The notes under the pieces were generated by a model, which was not told the DNA's origin, made no database searches, and worked only from the letters and a program-made list of their open reading frames with translations. Made by a program: the position numbers and the translations under genes. From NCBI GenBank assembly GCA_963734395.1, contig CAVTGY010000003.1:271878-335877 (forward strand): DNA of 64,000 nt, given 5' to 3'. This DNA comes from an uncultured Acidimicrobiaceae bacterium. GTDB lineage: Bacteria > Actinomycetota > Acidimicrobiia > Acidimicrobiales > RAAP-2. Positions 61,908 to 64,000 of the stretch are shown piece by piece (position 1 is the first letter of the stretch; the number at the start of each line of letters is the position of its first letter).

Positions 61908-63714
61908 TTACCGTTTCTCCACAGGTTCCGCTCGCAGCACCTTGACGCCCGCGAAGTGGGGCTGCTGACGCCACCGCTCGAGGTACCCGACGTAATCAAG
62001 GAGACTCCCGGAGTAGGTGAGGTTCCGGGCCGCCCGGGCGTCTATCGCCTGTTGCTCGCTGTTGTAGAAGCTGGGCGTGCAGCTCTGGAAATAGCCGGCG
62101 CCGCCGATCCCGACGCCCTGGAGCACCGCCAGCCACTCGTCTTCAGCGGCCTCCTCGGGCTCGATGACGGCGATGCCCTGTTCGACGCAGGCCTCCACGA
62201 TGTTCGCCACGTGCTTGGCCGATTCCGAGAGCAGGTGCGAGAAGTTCGTGCCGAAACCACCTTGGACGAGGCTGATCAGGAGCAGGTTCGGGAATCCACT
62301 GGCCAGCACCCCGTGCAGGGTGTGGGCGCCCTCGGCCCACCGCTCCGAGAGCCTGACTCCGTCGCGACCTTTGGGGTCGAAGCCGAGCCGCTGGTGCAGA
62401 TCTGTCGTGACCTCGAAGCCGGAGGCATAGATGAGCAGATCCACCGGGTACTCCACACCGTTCACCACCGGGCCGCGCGCGGTGAGTTTGTCGACGCCTC
62501 GCCCATTGGTGTCCACCAGATGCACGTTGGGCAGGTTGAACGCCGGCAGGTAGTCGTCGTGGAAGCAGACCCGTTTGCAGTGCTTGCCCCAGTACGGCTT
62601 GAGATTCTCAGCCGTCTCGGGGTCCTGGACGATCTCGTCGATGCGGTGTCGGATCGCTTCCATGGTCTCGAAGTCGGACCGCTCGAGCGCCTCGGCTTCC
62701 TCCTCCGATTCCGCGGCACTCCGGGTGTCGACCCACATCACCTCGGTCCAGCCGTCATCTACCAGGTCCACCTCGGGTTGGGCGCCGGTCACCGCTTGGG
62801 TGAAGTTGACGATCCGCTCCTCCTGCCAGCCCGGTTCGAGGCTCCGGAACCACTCGACGTCGGTGGGCCGCTGGTCGCGGACGCCCACCGCCCCCGGCGT
62901 CCGCTGGAAGACGTAGAGCTCCTTGGCCACACGGGCGATCTGGGGCACCACCTGCACGGCGGTGGCGCCGGTGCCGATGATGCCGACCCGCTTGTCGGCC
63001 AGGCTGTCCATCGGCTCGGTGGGGCTCCCGCCGGTGTAGCTGTAGTCCCACCGGCTGGTGTGGAAGGCCTTGCCCTCGAAGTCCTCGATCCCGGGGATCC
63101 CCGGCAACTTGGCCTTGTGCAGGATTCCCCCGGCCAACACCATGAAACGGCTCGACAATCGATCGCCACGGGAGGTGGTGACCAGCCAGCGCCGCGCCTC
63201 CTCGTCCCACTCGGCACCGGTCACGTCTGTCTGGAAGAGGGCATGGGGGTAGAGGTCAAACGTGCGGGCCAGGAGCTTGGAGTACTCGTAGATCTCCGTG
63301 GCGCTGGCGTAGCGCTCGGACGGCATGAATCCGGTCTCCTCGAGGAGCGGAAGGTAGGTGTACGACTCCACATCGCACATGCAGCCCGGGTACCGATTCC
63401 AGTACCAGGTGCCACCGAAGTCGCCTGCCTTCTCGACGATCCGGAAGTCGTTGATCCCGTGCTTGCCGAGGTCGTATCGCCGTGAGCATCCCGGCGAAGC
63501 CGCCACCCACGATCACCACGGTCGTCTCCTCGACCACCGGTTCTCGGGTGAAGCCGGGCTCGACGAACGGGTCCCGGTCGAGGTCCTCGAACTCGCCCTT
63601 CAGCTCACGCCACTGGGCCATACCCTCCGGACGCAGGCGCTTCTGCTGCTCCAGCCGGTACCGCTCGCGCAGCTGGTCGATCGGGGGGCCCTCTGCGTTG
63701 TTGTCCTGCTCCAT
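61908..63714 (-). pseudogene. Baeyer-Villiger (flavin, NADPH) monooxygenase split by a 1-nt frameshift near 63478-63481
   Basis: ORF 63256..63714 carries the FAD motif [17 protein letters not shown] 61908..63506 continues [32 protein letters not shown]. It also has the BVMO fingerprint [12 protein letters not shown] and the NADPH motif [12 protein letters not shown]. Confidence 0.85.
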
Positions 63715-63982
63715 GGCTGTCGCTCTTCTCCTTCGAACCCATCAACTCACCAGCCAGGCTACGGGCTAGCTCGGACCCCTCGGCCGAATGTGTCTCCACT
63801 GCGTGCAGTCAGACCGTGGGACTGGAGTTCTCAGCCGGTGCAGCTGAGGACGGCGATGGGCCGGTGTCGTCGGCCACCCCGGTCTCGCTGCGGGTCGGGC
63901 TAGAGGGCGGCGGTGCAGGATTTCCAGGACGGCCGCACCTGCCCGAAGATCCGACTAGACCGAAGGTCGAGGAGGTACTGCT

Positions 63983-64000
63983 ATGGACGATCCCGTCATT
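63983..64000 (+). CDS. 5-prime end of an unidentified gene running off the window
   Basis: ATG (MDDPVI...) preceded by GAGGAGG at 7-nt spacing. Only 6 codons are visible. Confidence 0.25.

Overview
This is a 64-kb window of a visibly GC-rich chromosome (GC not computed). The gene content points to Actinomycetota by inference only: two deazaflavin/F420-type nitroreductase-family paralogues, DUF1707, BaxI_1-type, an RsrA-like zf-HC2 anti-sigma factor, and many Ser/Thr kinase and FHA proteins. I call about 56 protein-coding genes and recognise no rRNA, tRNA, CRISPR array, transposase or integrase. The window is rich in signalling and accessory functions. It holds three class III nucleotide cyclase genes plus a cNMP-binding protein. 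Two Ser/Thr kinases flank an FHA-LuxR regulator. A histidine kinase and a stand-alone receiver sit divergent to a DHp-REC-cyclase fusion. There are an ECF sigma/anti-sigma operon, two paralogous DrrAB-like ABC exporters (one with a TetR, one with a PadR regulator), and a hipBA toxin-antitoxin pair next to an AT-rich stretch. A redox/isoprenoid neighbourhood contains FAD oxidoreductase, polyprenyl synthase, P450, F420-type reductases and a BVMO, and there are several secreted repeat proteins. The most unusual locus is a translationally coupled trio at 33.8-39.0 kb: an ARPP-1-like protein, a PrpE/ApaH-like metallophosphoesterase and a Cas4-like nuclease/RNase-H-fold/SF1B-helicase fusion. I flag it as a candidate nucleotide-signal-based conflict (defence) module. 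At least four otherwise intact genes are interrupted by single-base frameshifts, mostly at short homopolymers, and two more may be. Either the assembly has indel errors or these are recent pseudogenes. ORF-track M residues are often GTG or TTG starts, and many long ORFs are antisense shadows typical of high-GC DNA. All family assignments come from motif recognition by eye, not from searches.
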